Shown in pieces: positions 9,333-17,675 of a stretch of DNA of 64,000 nt (the first letter of the stretch is position 1; every line of letters starts with the position of its first letter). The notes under the pieces were generated by a model. It saw nothing but the letters and a program-made list of their open reading frames with translations. It was not told where the DNA came from and searched no databases. Both the position numbers and the translations under genes were made by a program. Source of the DNA: Candidatus Omnitrophota bacterium (GTDB lineage: Bacteria; Omnitrophota; Gorgyraeia; JAHJTE01); contig JAHJTE010000001.1 of assembly GCA_018830005.1 (NCBI GenBank), positions 385,332 to 449,331 on the forward strand, in the 5' to 3' direction.

Positions 9333-10574
9333 ATGGCGACAGATTTTAAGTCAAAACAATTTGCTGCTGGAAGTTGTTACTCTTATATTTTGAGTTCAAA
9401 TTCACAAGCTTTAATTGTCGACCCGCATATAAGTTTATTAGAGGAATATAAGAAATACTTGGATAAGAATAAACTTAGGCTTAAGTTTGTAGTTGATACG
9501 CATACTCATGCGGACCATTTCTCTTTAGCTGCGATACTAAAAGATAAGTTTAATGCGTCTGTATTGATGCATGAAAAGGCCATATCAGAAGTAGCAGATA
9601 AAAGACTTAAAGATGGCGATGAGGTTGTCCTTGGTCAAAAACATTTTAAAGTCTTGTATGCACCAGGGCATACTGACGATACTATCAGTATTCATGGGGA
9701 AGGTATGGTGTTTACAGCTGATGTGCTTTTGATAGGAAGCGTAGGTAGGACAGATTTCCAAAATGGTTCTCACGAATCTATGTTTGATACTTTACAAAGA
9801 CTAAAGAACCTTCCGAATGAAACAATAGTATTTCCTGCTCATGATTATAACGGAAGAAAGTCTTCTACAATAGTTAAAGAAAAGACAACAAATCCTTTTA
9901 TGAAGGAGAGTAGTAAAGATGCATTTATTCAGAATGCCCGTTCTAAAAAGCTACCCAAACCTTTTAATATTGATAACATTATTCGGGTAAATCAAAAAGG
10001 CCAAGCTAAAACTTTAGAGATAATTGCACCCAAAGTTGCACAGGAGATTATAGCTAAGGACTCAAATGTTAAATTATTAGATGTGCGCTCAGCTTTAGAA
10101 TATAATGAAGTCCATATCAATCACTCTATGAATGTTCCAATAGATATGATTAGTTCTAAAATAAAGGATTTGAGTGAATCTGCTCAGGCATATATAGTTT
10201 TGTGCCACACAGGGAATCGTTCTCCCATGGCAGCGGATATGTTACTGCAGTCAGGTATTCGTTCGGTAAAGGTGATGTCAGGGGGAATGACACGTTGGCA
10301 GAAGGAAAGGCTTCCTGTTGTAAAGGGAGAAGGTGGTATTTCATTAGAGCGGCAAGTCAGAATAATTGCTGGGGTATTGGTATTGTTTGGAATAATAATG
10401 GCTCAGTTTGTGAATAATGCTTTTATTTGGATTGCAGTCTGGGTTTGTTGTGGACTTATTTTTGCTGGATTGACAAACAATTGTCTTATGGGTATGATAC
10501 TGATGAAATTGCCCTATAATAAGAAAATGTATAAAGCTAAATTAGGAGGTGGAACCTGTTCAATTAGTCAGTAG
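9333..10574 (+). CDS. MBL-fold metallo-hydrolase (persulfide dioxygenase-like) fused to a rhodanese domain and a DUF2892/YgaP-like membrane tail
   Basis: 'HTHADH' metallo-beta-lactamase motif. Rhodanese active-site 'CHTGNRS'. Two C-terminal transmembrane helices. Start chosen at the ATG at 9333, preceded by AAGGAGG. Cargo of cassette 1. Confidence 0.7.
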   Translation: MATDFKSKQFAAGSCYSYILSSNSQALIVDPHISLLEEYKKYLDKNKLRLKFVVDTHTHADHFSLAAILKDKFNASVLMHEKAISEVADKRLKDGDEVVLGQKHFKVLYAPGHTDDTISIHGEGMVFTADVLLIGSVGRTDFQNGSHESMFDTLQRLKNLPNETIVFPAHDYNGRKSSTIVKEKTTNPFMKESSKDAFIQNARSKKLPKPFNIDNIIRVNQKGQAKTLEIIAPKVAQEIIAKDSNVKLLDVRSALEYNEVHINHSMNVPIDMISSKIKDLSESAQAYIVLCHTGNRSPMAADMLLQSGIRSVKVMSGGMTRWQKERLPVVKGEGGISLERQVRIIAGVLVLFGIIMAQFVNNAFIWIAVWVCCGLIFAGLTNNCLMGMILMKLPYNKKMYKAKLGGGTCSISQ

Positions 10575-10687
10575 TTTTATAGGCGTGTTAAACCTTCCAT
10601 TTACTTTTTAGCACTAAAGATAGTCGCATTATCTAATAACTTTTCGGTTTCTTCGCTTAAACACCACTCCTTAAACTCCTCCAAAAA

Positions 10688-10747
10688 GTTGCGAATGTCG
10701 TCCAATAGGGGAGAGTTTTTCCTCGCTGAGTATAACTCCCTCAGGTA
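10688..10747 (+). repeat. T element: ~60-bp cassette-tail motif, copy 1
   Basis: 'GTTGCGAATGTCGTCCAATAGGGGAGAGTTTTTCCTCGCTGAGTATAACTCCCTCAGGTACC'. Variants occur at 12418-12451, 13509-13570 and 14853-14980. Confidence 0.75.
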
Positions 10748-11098
10748 CCCCAGCTTCATAACTCATTGCAGCGCAATGATTTACATCAACGCCCCGACGG
10801 ACATCGATCGCCGGGGCGCTTTATCTCCTAGGGTTTACGATGGTTAGGGCGTTAGCAGTTTGTTCTCGTAGGTAAAATAATCATTTCCACTCTCTGTGTA
10901 GTAGGCCTCTCTAAATCAGCCAGAATATCCGCATATTTGCCCAATTCCTCTCTTAGTTTATGGGCGCTAGTTTATGCGATATTCGTCGATTTTCTTAAGA
11001 TTTTATTTTTCAAAATGAGCATAAACTAAACTCGCGGAAAAATAAACAAGAGAGGTTTGCTCAAGTTGTCGTAAATTAGTTCGAATCTCTTAAGGGGA
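10748..11098 (+). repeat. R2: structured repeat, copy 2
   Basis: Aligns base-for-base with R1 and R3. Its 5' hairpin reads CATTGC-AGC-GCAATG. Confidence 0.8.
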
Positions 11099-11112
11099 GA
11101 AAATTCCACTAG

Positions 11113-11150
11113 CCCTCTGCAAATTAAAAACTTGCGGAGGGTTTTTGTTT
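11113..11150 (+). terminator. rho-independent terminator-like hairpin after R2
   Basis: CCCTCTGCAA...TTGCGGAGGG followed by TTTTTGTTT. Confidence 0.5.
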
Positions 11151-11225
11151 GAGGTAGAATATAGCACTATAAAGAGAATTGCAATTAACGAAAGTTAGAT
11201 AAAGAGAACAAATGCGAGGTGTTAT

Positions 11226-11864
11226 ATGTCATCAGAAAAAAACAAGGTAATAAACCCCGTAATTGAAGCCATAAACAAGAGGTTGTCTGTCAGGTCTTAT
11301 GAGCCAAAACCAATTGCGAGAAATGTCATCAGTACGATCATCGAGGCTGGCAATCAGGCACCTTTTATGTCGGAGAAGCATGGGAAGCCTGAAGACCTTA
11401 TTCAGCCTTGGCGGTTTGTTGTTGTGGAAGATTCAGAGTTTAAGCAAAAACTAGTTCAGGCTACCGAACCTATCAGGTCAAGGTTCATCGAAGGCATGAA
11501 GGAGACTGTGCCTGAAATGCACAAGCAGGTAATGAAGTTCTACAAGGAGATAGGCGAACCCAAAGATATGGTTTATTATTCTGCACCTGTCATCCTCTTT
11601 GTCATAGGCCCAGCGGGATCTGATATAAGTTGCGCGCTTGCCTGTGAAAACATCATGATTGCCGCAACCTCTTTTGGTCTGGGAAGCTGTTATGTGGGAT
11701 TCGGCGCAATGGTCACAGACGATGCTGATATCGTAGAAGCCCTTGAGCTAACGGAGGATGAACGAATCTTCGGGCCTATCGTGCTTGGCTATCCAAAAAG
11801 CTATTCCAGTGCACCGGATACTATACGGCCGAATAAAAAAGAACCCAGGATTAAATGGATCTAG
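11226..11864 (+). CDS. nitroreductase-family protein (cassette 2 cargo)
   Basis: 212 aa with an NADH oxidase/nitroreductase-like pattern ('RLSVRSYEPKPI...'). Noticeably higher GC than the flanks. Confidence 0.6.
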   Translation: MSSEKNKVINPVIEAINKRLSVRSYEPKPIARNVISTIIEAGNQAPFMSEKHGKPEDLIQPWRFVVVEDSEFKQKLVQATEPIRSRFIEGMKETVPEMHKQVMKFYKEIGEPKDMVYYSAPVILFVIGPAGSDISCALACENIMIAATSFGLGSCYVGFGAMVTDDADIVEALELTEDERIFGPIVLGYPKSYSSAPDTIRPNKKEPRIKWI

Positions 11865-11960
11865 AAGTCACAGGTATGTTGAAAAAGGGCACAAAAAGGG
11901 AAATGTAGTCATAACCGTGGAACCCGCCCCCAAAGTAAAGGAGCAGTTTAGGAGGGAGAT

Positions 11961-12320
11961 ATGAAGAGATTTATACTCTATTTAGTAAGATGGCAACTAA
12001 GCACTCCTATACTTTGGTTAGTCTTAAGAAATTTAGGTGCAGGATTATGGCAAACTGTAGTAGCTAATTTGATTGGTGGTAGCATATTCTTTTGGGTGGA
12101 TAGATTTATCTTTACTTCTAAAGCCGTAGAGATGTGGCATTTTAAAGAAAGTGGGAGTTGTGATAATTGCGGTAAAGAAACAAGCCTATGGAGATTAGTA
12201 TTGGCTCCCAATTATGATAAGAGAAATTCGGAACCTGTATTCTTTTGTATGGAATGTTCCAAGAAGAGAACGGATGAACTGAGAATCAAAGGAATAAAAA
12301 TTAGAGGTAAGAGTAAATAA
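11961..12320 (+). CDS. hypothetical membrane protein with a C-terminal zinc-ribbon (CxxC...CxxC)
   Basis: 119 aa with two N-terminal transmembrane helices and 'CDNCGKE...CMECSKK'. Confidence 0.45.
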   Translation: MKRFILYLVRWQLSTPILWLVLRNLGAGLWQTVVANLIGGSIFFWVDRFIFTSKAVEMWHFKESGSCDNCGKETSLWRLVLAPNYDKRNSEPVFFCMECSKKRTDELRIKGIKIRGKSK

Positions 12321-12417
12321 ACAATTGTGCCCAACTTGTGCCCCAATGTAAAGGAGCAGCTTAGCCAATAAAAACCAGCTCTTTTGACAGCTTTCCAGCC
12401 TCTTCTGACCGTAAAAA

Positions 12418-12451
12418 GTTGCGAAAGTCGTCCAATAGGGGGAGTTTGACT
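12418..12451 (+). repeat. T element, copy 2, without an R repeat
   Basis: 'GTTGCGAAAGTCGTCCAATAGGGGGAGTTTGAC', followed directly by a terminator hairpin. Confidence 0.6.
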
Positions 12452-12458
12452 TTCCAAA

Positions 12459-12492
12459 CCTCTGTGATACAATGTGTTGCAGAGGTTTTTTG
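12459..12492 (+). terminator. rho-independent terminator
   Basis: CCTCTG-tgatacaatgtgttg-CAGAGG followed by TTTTTTG. Confidence 0.5.
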
Positions 12493-12524
12493 TTGGATAA
12501 ATAAATTATAAAAAGGAAAGAAAT

Positions 12525-13424
12525 GTGAAGCAACACAGAATTTTTAGGTTATCACTTTTAATAATGCTCTTGCTGGGTGGGCTCGGGCTTTCGCCTGTCC
12601 TTGCGCAGATCGATCCTCAGCAGAATGTTGAGACAGTCAAAATAGCGATCTCTACTGACGGCACAGCGATCAATTATTGCGAGCATGGGCAAGAGGATCC
12701 GACACTCGTATTCGTCCACGGATGGAGTTGTGACGCGAGCTACTGGAGAGAACAGGTTGAGTATTTCAAGAAGAAGTATCACATGGTTCTGATTGATCTG
12801 GCTGGGCATGGTCGTTCTGGGAGCGAACGTGAAAACTACACTATGGAAGCTTTTGGTCATGATGTTAAGGCTGTCGTCGAGAGTATCGGAGCAGAGAAGG
12901 TAATCTTGATCGGTCATTCCATGGGTGCCCTTGTAATCGCAAAGGCGGCCCGCTTGATGCCAGAGAAAGCTATTGGATTGGTCGCGGTTGATGACCTTCA
13001 GAACGTGGAGTATCCTCTGGGGGAAGAACAGTTCAGGGAGATGACTGCACCATTCAAAGAAGATTTCAAACAGGGTGTCAGAGATTTCGTTATAGGTATG
13101 TTGCGTTCTGACAACTCGCCGGTCAATGAATGGGTGATCTCTGATATGTCTTTGGCTAATCCCAAGGTTGCGCTCAGTGCAATAAACGAGTCATTAGGCG
13201 AGTATCTGGTAGGTGATGTGGCCAAGTTGTTTGATGAATTGGACATTCCAGTTATAGCTGTGAACGCCGACCTTTGGCCAACAGATGTCGAAGCGAACAG
13301 ACGGCACATAAAGGACTTTGAATTAATCGAGTTGGACGGACTGGATCATTTTCTGATGCTTAAAGCACCTGAGCGTTTCAACCCAGCGCTTGAGCAAGCT
13401 ATTAAAATGATACTTAAGAAATAA
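12525..13424 (+). CDS. secreted alpha/beta-hydrolase (cassette 3 cargo)
   Basis: Signal peptide. 'HGWSCDASYW' and 'GHSMG' nucleophile elbow. 299 aa. GC clearly higher than the genomic background. Confidence 0.7.
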   Translation: MKQHRIFRLSLLIMLLLGGLGLSPVLAQIDPQQNVETVKIAISTDGTAINYCEHGQEDPTLVFVHGWSCDASYWREQVEYFKKKYHMVLIDLAGHGRSGSERENYTMEAFGHDVKAVVESIGAEKVILIGHSMGALVIAKAARLMPEKAIGLVAVDDLQNVEYPLGEEQFREMTAPFKEDFKQGVRDFVIGMLRSDNSPVNEWVISDMSLANPKVALSAINESLGEYLVGDVAKLFDELDIPVIAVNADLWPTDVEANRRHIKDFELIELDGLDHFLMLKAPERFNPALEQAIKMILKK

Positions 13425-13508
13425 ATGAAGATGGTAGTATTAGGTTTTGAGATGTAAAATCATCTCCTCTTCGTCCGTAATGCACCAGCCCCTAAACTCA
13501 TCCAAAAA

Positions 13509-13570
13509 GTTGCGAATGTCGTCCAATAGGGGAGAGTTTTTCCTCGCTGAGTATAACTCCCTTCAGGTAC
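13509..13570 (+). repeat. T element, copy 3
   Basis: Nearly identical to T copy 1. Confidence 0.75.
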
Positions 13571-13920
13571 CCCAGCTTCATAACTCATTGTAGCACAATG
13601 ATTTACATTAACGCACCGGCGGATATCGATCGCCGGGGCGCTTTATCTCCTAGGGTTTGCGACAGTTAGGGCATTGCTTATTCCTTATCATTGCCGCAGT
13701 TATCTTTTTTACTCTCTGCTTACTAGGCCTCTCTAAATCAGCCAGAATATCCGCATATTTGGCCAATTCCTCTCTTAGTTTATGGACGCTAGTTTATGCT
13801 ATATTCGTTGATATAATAGAGTTTTTATCTTTAAAAATAAGCCATAAACTAAACGCGAGGGAAAATAAACAAGAGAGGCTTGCTCAAGTTGCCGTAAATT
13901 AGTTCGAATCTCTTAGGGGG
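13571..13920 (+). repeat. R3: structured repeat, copy 3
   Basis: Aligns with R1 and R2. Its 5' hairpin reads CATTGT-AGC-ACAATG. Confidence 0.8.
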
Positions 13921-13997
13921 AGTTGCTATCCTAACTCACAGTGATATAATATATTGCAGTGGGTTTTTGTTTTAGTTGAATATCAAAAGGAGAAGAG

Positions 13998-14780
13998 ATG
14001 AAGAGGAGAATATTTATTGATACTGTTATTGCGCTTCTTATTATTGTTTTTGTTGGATTTGCGTGTTTTCTAACAGAGCCTTTAGTTTCAGGTGCTGCAT
14101 TAAATGAAGAATGGAGTGTTTACCGCGATGCTTCAAATCGTTTTGAGTTTTCATATCCTGTAAGTTTCGGCATTCCGAGAAAGGACATAAGGACAGATAT
14201 GCCTGATGGTGATTCAGGGGAGATGATTTTATTTCCTGAATTCTCTCATGGATTGTGTAATGGTAAGATTATATTAGGCGGCGACCTCGAACTTAGATCT
14301 GGCAGGGTATGGGTAGGCATGCAGGCCTTAGGTGGATTATATGACCCTATAGCAGTTGGTGGATTTATAGATATGTTTCCTATTGCTATTCAAGAGAGAT
14401 TGCGTAGCCAAGCAGAAAATCTTACAATTTCAAACTTTTGTAGCGAATTATCGAAATCAAAACATATCTCAATCGATGACTCTGTTTTAAATAATGTTAC
14501 CCCTGAACAGAAACAAGTAATAATTGGATTGGACTCTCACGGAAACCTAAATCCTAAGGTAATTACTTGTAACGTATTGGGCGATACGATTATTTTTCAT
14601 AAAGAAGCCGTGTTTGAGTCTGGACTGGTCAGTAGTCTTCGGCAGATATATGGGGTAATCCGCTTCCTAAAAGGCCCTTTTAGTTCTGTGCAATTTATCC
14701 GGATTACACGCGACCCCCCAGATGAGGAATTGCTTGAGACAATGGCGAAGATAGTTCAGTCTTTCAAAGTGTTACATTGA
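13998..14780 (+). CDS. hypothetical membrane-anchored/secreted protein (cassette 4 cargo)
   Basis: 260 aa with an N-terminal transmembrane segment. No recognisable motifs. Confidence 0.45.
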   Translation: MKRRIFIDTVIALLIIVFVGFACFLTEPLVSGAALNEEWSVYRDASNRFEFSYPVSFGIPRKDIRTDMPDGDSGEMILFPEFSHGLCNGKIILGGDLELRSGRVWVGMQALGGLYDPIAVGGFIDMFPIAIQERLRSQAENLTISNFCSELSKSKHISIDDSVLNNVTPEQKQVIIGLDSHGNLNPKVITCNVLGDTIIFHKEAVFESGLVSSLRQIYGVIRFLKGPFSSVQFIRITRDPPDEELLETMAKIVQSFKVLH

Positions 14781-14852
14781 GCTTAGTTAAGTTTATATTA
14801 ACAATTACTTGAGACTCGGATTATGGATGTTGTTTTTTTCTGAGTCCAACCA

Positions 14853-14980
14853 GTTGCGAAAATCGTCCAATAGGGGGAATCCTATTTGAGATAATCAAAT
14901 TAGCTCTTTTTGACGGTATAAGGCCTAAACCAAGCAGAGAGTTTTCCCTCGCTGAGTATAACTCCCTTCAGGTACCCCAG
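14853..14980 (+). repeat. T element, copy 4, a long variant with a ~60-bp insertion, ending 'GGTACCCCAG'
   Basis: Both halves of the T motif are present, separated by unique sequence. It is not followed by an R repeat; the array ends here. Confidence 0.6.
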
Positions 14981-15279
14981 TAATTTCATTCTCTTAGCAT
15001 AATGGGAGAGTTTCAAGGCTATTGATCGGATACGGTCAATAGCCTTTTCTATCTGGCGCTGTGTCAAAGAGTTAGGGCATTATATTTATTGGCACTATAT
15101 CGAATTTTTCCGCACCATAAGCTGTTTATAAAGCCTCTCTGGATCAAGCCATTTTATTGCAAAAATAGGCATAATCCTCTCTTATATAATGCGTTCTATA
15201 TAATGAAAATATCGGCAATATTCGAGGGGTTTTCGAGCTTCACGAGGCCATTATATACGGGGAGAGAGGTTTTCTATCG

Positions 15280-16890
15280 TTACGCGGTAGGGTTTTTTAG
15301 CAGCTTCTGCCACATTTCGTTTTGTTTTTCCCAATTTAACTCTCGGCAGATTTTGTTGATCTTGTATTCGGGGATTAATGAGATGTTCTTATTGTCGGAA
15401 AGAAGGATTTCTTCTTGAATGTTTGGCGCAAGCATTAGCGCGTTCATGATTAAGTAGATTTTAACATCGCCTAAGTTAAGCCACTCAGCCATTTGTTTTA
15501 AGTCTTTCACTCGGTCGCTAGCGATTACGTCTTGTATTTGATGCGCTAAGATTAACCTTTGTCGTAGCAGTGGTTCGTTCTTAATATTTATCTGATTAGG
15601 AGGAACCGGCAGGTTTTTGAGTTCCTTGAGTTCTACCTTATATTGACGTTTCTTATTGTCTTTTAGCAAAACGATTTCAAGTATGCCTTTGTTACCATCG
15701 AAACTCGCCTCTTTAAGGACTGTTTTTATAATCGCAATTTTATCCTGCAAGCTAAAGGTATCCCATACTTTCTCGTCGAGCTTCGGCAGAGGAGTCAAGG
15801 TTTTGAGCAATTCGATGATTTTCTGTTCAATCTTCTGCGCGCTCAGTAAGCGGGTAGGACAGGTTTTGTAGCCGCGCTTACTGGCACTCATACAAAGGTA
15901 GTAGTGATACTTGTATTTGTTGGCTTTGATATTGTAGGAGAAGTACATCGCGCAGTTGCAAGCTTTACAGCGTAGGAGTCCGGTAAGCAACCCTACATGT
16001 TTAGTCTTTTTGGTCATTTTCCAGTCAGGCCTGTTTTCTGCAAGTATGCTTTGTGCTTTCTGGAAGGTTTCTTTCGAAATAATCGCTTCATGTTCTCCCG
16101 GATATAACTCGGCCTGGTATGAAACCTTGCCGGCGTAAAGCACATTTCTTAAGATTAGCTGAATACCGTTGCTTGTAAACTGAATCCCACCGAATTTTCT
16201 GCCTTTTTCAGATGTATGCTGTTTAGTTGTGTATCCAAGGTCATTCATAGATATCGTTACTGACAAAAGTGAGCGCTTCTCAATATATAGGTTAAAGATT
16301 TTGCGTATAAGCTTGGCTTCCTTCGGGTTAATTACGAGCTTATGTTTTTTCTTATCGATGCTATAGCCTAAAGATGGTCTTCCTCCGATCCATTTGCCTT
16401 TTCTCTTAGCAGCGCCCATCTTGTCGCGGGTTCTTTCGCTGATTATTTCGCGTTCAAACTGCGCAAAAGAGAGGAGGATATTAAGCGTAAGCCTGCCCAT
16501 CGAGTTTTGCGTATTAAAGTGCTGTGTTACTGATACGAAAGTGGCACCATGTTTTTCAAATACAGACAGGAGCTCTGCAAAATCAAGAAGTGAGCGTGAT
16601 AGGCGATCAACCTTATAGACTACTACGCAATTAATTTTATTGGCTTTGATGTCAGTAAGAAGCCTTTGAAGTGCAGGTCTGTCTGTATTGGCACCGGTGA
16701 ATCCACCGTCATCGTAGTATTCTGGCGAAGCTACCCAGCCTTCGTTTTTCTGGCTGGCAATGTAGCTTTCACAGGACTCGCGCTGGGCATCCAAGGTAGT
16801 AAAGTCACGCTCAAGTCCATCGCTGACCGATTTGCGCGTATAAATAGCGCAATTAATAATCTGTTTCTCTTTAGGTTCTATGGTTTTCAT
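15280..16890 (-). CDS. large serine recombinase (resolvase catalytic domain, recombinase domain, zinc beta-ribbon)
   Basis: 'IYTRKSVSD' catalytic Ser region, 'VDRLSRS' and 'FEREIISERT' resolvase motifs. The C-terminal Cys cluster 'CKACNC...YYLCMSASKRGYKTCP' matches the zinc ribbon of large serine integrases. 536 aa. Confidence 0.85.
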   Translation of the reverse strand: MKTIEPKEKQIINCAIYTRKSVSDGLERDFTTLDAQRESCESYIASQKNEGWVASPEYYDDGGFTGANTDRPALQRLLTDIKANKINCVVVYKVDRLSRSLLDFAELLSVFEKHGATFVSVTQHFNTQNSMGRLTLNILLSFAQFEREIISERTRDKMGAAKRKGKWIGGRPSLGYSIDKKKHKLVINPKEAKLIRKIFNLYIEKRSLLSVTISMNDLGYTTKQHTSEKGRKFGGIQFTSNGIQLILRNVLYAGKVSYQAELYPGEHEAIISKETFQKAQSILAENRPDWKMTKKTKHVGLLTGLLRCKACNCAMYFSYNIKANKYKYHYYLCMSASKRGYKTCPTRLLSAQKIEQKIIELLKTLTPLPKLDEKVWDTFSLQDKIAIIKTVLKEASFDGNKGILEIVLLKDNKKRQYKVELKELKNLPVPPNQINIKNEPLLRQRLILAHQIQDVIASDRVKDLKQMAEWLNLGDVKIYLIMNALMLAPNIQEEILLSDNKNISLIPEYKINKICRELNWEKQNEMWQKLLKNPTA

Positions 16891-17363
16891 AAATTAAAAA
16901 AATTATAGCCGTTCCAATGCACTCCGGTTATTTCTTCAGCTATGGTGGTAAGATGCTTATATATCTTCCCGTTATATTCAAAGCCATTATCAAGCACCTT
17001 GACCTGGATATTTTTGCCTTTATATTTCTTGATGATAACACTTCCTGGAATAGGAAGGCGTCGGTCTCTTCCAAGGCTTTTCTTTCTTGCCTGCGTTTCA
17101 AGGCTTATCTTCGGTCTAATCGACTTATTATTAACAGGATCATAAAGTTTTATAAGTTCTCTAAGCCTATTTTCCGCTTTTTGCGATAAGCTGCCATATT
17201 TAAGCTCCTGCAGGCCGTAGGCAATCCTTCTTATTAGGTAGATTTTATTGTCCGAAGTCGCCTTTTGGCCATTAAATAGCTCTTCGTATTTCTTTTGGAG
17301 CTTAGGAATGGTCTTCTTTTTGAGATCCGCAATTTTGGTTTCTAACGTCTCTTTCATTGGCAC
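16887..17363 (-). CDS. DUF2924-like protein, the usual partner of large serine recombinases
   Basis: 158 aa. Start overlaps the recombinase stop. The 'KIYLIRRIAYGLQE' pattern resembles the DUF2924 family (from memory). Confidence 0.5.
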   Translation of the reverse strand: MPMKETLETKIADLKKKTIPKLQKKYEELFNGQKATSDNKIYLIRRIAYGLQELKYGSLSQKAENRLRELIKLYDPVNNKSIRPKISLETQARKKSLGRDRRLPIPGSVIIKKYKGKNIQVKVLDNGFEYNGKIYKHLTTIAEEITGVHWNGYNFFNL

Positions 17364-17431
17364 ATTTTCCTCAGGTTACATAGGGCCATACAATTTGCGA
17401 TATAGCAAGGGGAAAGAGAGGTATTTTTTGG

Positions 17432-17460
17432 TTGTCAAAACAGACGCAGAGTTGTATAAT
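17432..17460 (+). promoter_or_regulatory. sigma70-like promoter (TTGTCA-N17-TATAAT)
   Basis: Near-consensus -35 and -10 hexamers with a 17-nt spacer, about 45 nt upstream of the excisionase-like gene. Confidence 0.5.
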
Positions 17461-17504
17461 AAATCACATCTTGCCACATTTTATACTATCCCAGGAGTTG
17501 AAAA

Positions 17505-17675
17505 GTGGAAACTCTCACCGTAGAAGAACTAGCTAAATATCTAAAACTCCACCAATATACAATCCGCCGCCTTGCACGAACTGGAAAAATTCCATCTTTT
17601 AAAGCTGGAGGACAGTGGAGGTTTCGTAAGGATGAAATCTATAAATGGTCTATTTCAAATAGGGAGCATAAATGA
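17505..17675 (+). CDS. excisionase-family helix-turn-helix DNA-binding protein (Xis/AlpA-like)
   Basis: 56 aa, GTG start after GGAG. 'LTVEELAKYLKLHQYTIRRLARTGKIPSFKAGGQWRFRKDEI' matches the excisionase-type HTH. Its stop overlaps the next gene's start (ATGA). Confidence 0.6.
   Translation: METLTVEELAKYLKLHQYTIRRLARTGKIPSFKAGGQWRFRKDEIYKWSISNREHK

Noticed and set aside
11758-11964. 68-aa ORF overlapping the 3' end of the nitroreductase gene in another frame
   Set aside because: It is nested within a well-supported CDS, has no RBS, and gives a basic low-complexity translation. Likely spurious.
13657-13902. 81-aa + strand ORF lying entirely inside R repeat copy 3
   Set aside because: The same frame is interrupted by stop codons in R1 and R2, and it starts with TTG/ATG only in this copy. 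A conserved repeat with a non-conserved ORF points to a non-coding element.
8866-14980. Repeat-spacer periodicity as a CRISPR array
   Set aside because: The repeats are ~350 bp, the 'spacers' are 0.7-1.4-kb protein-coding genes with RBSs, and there are no cas1/cas2 genes. This is not CRISPR.
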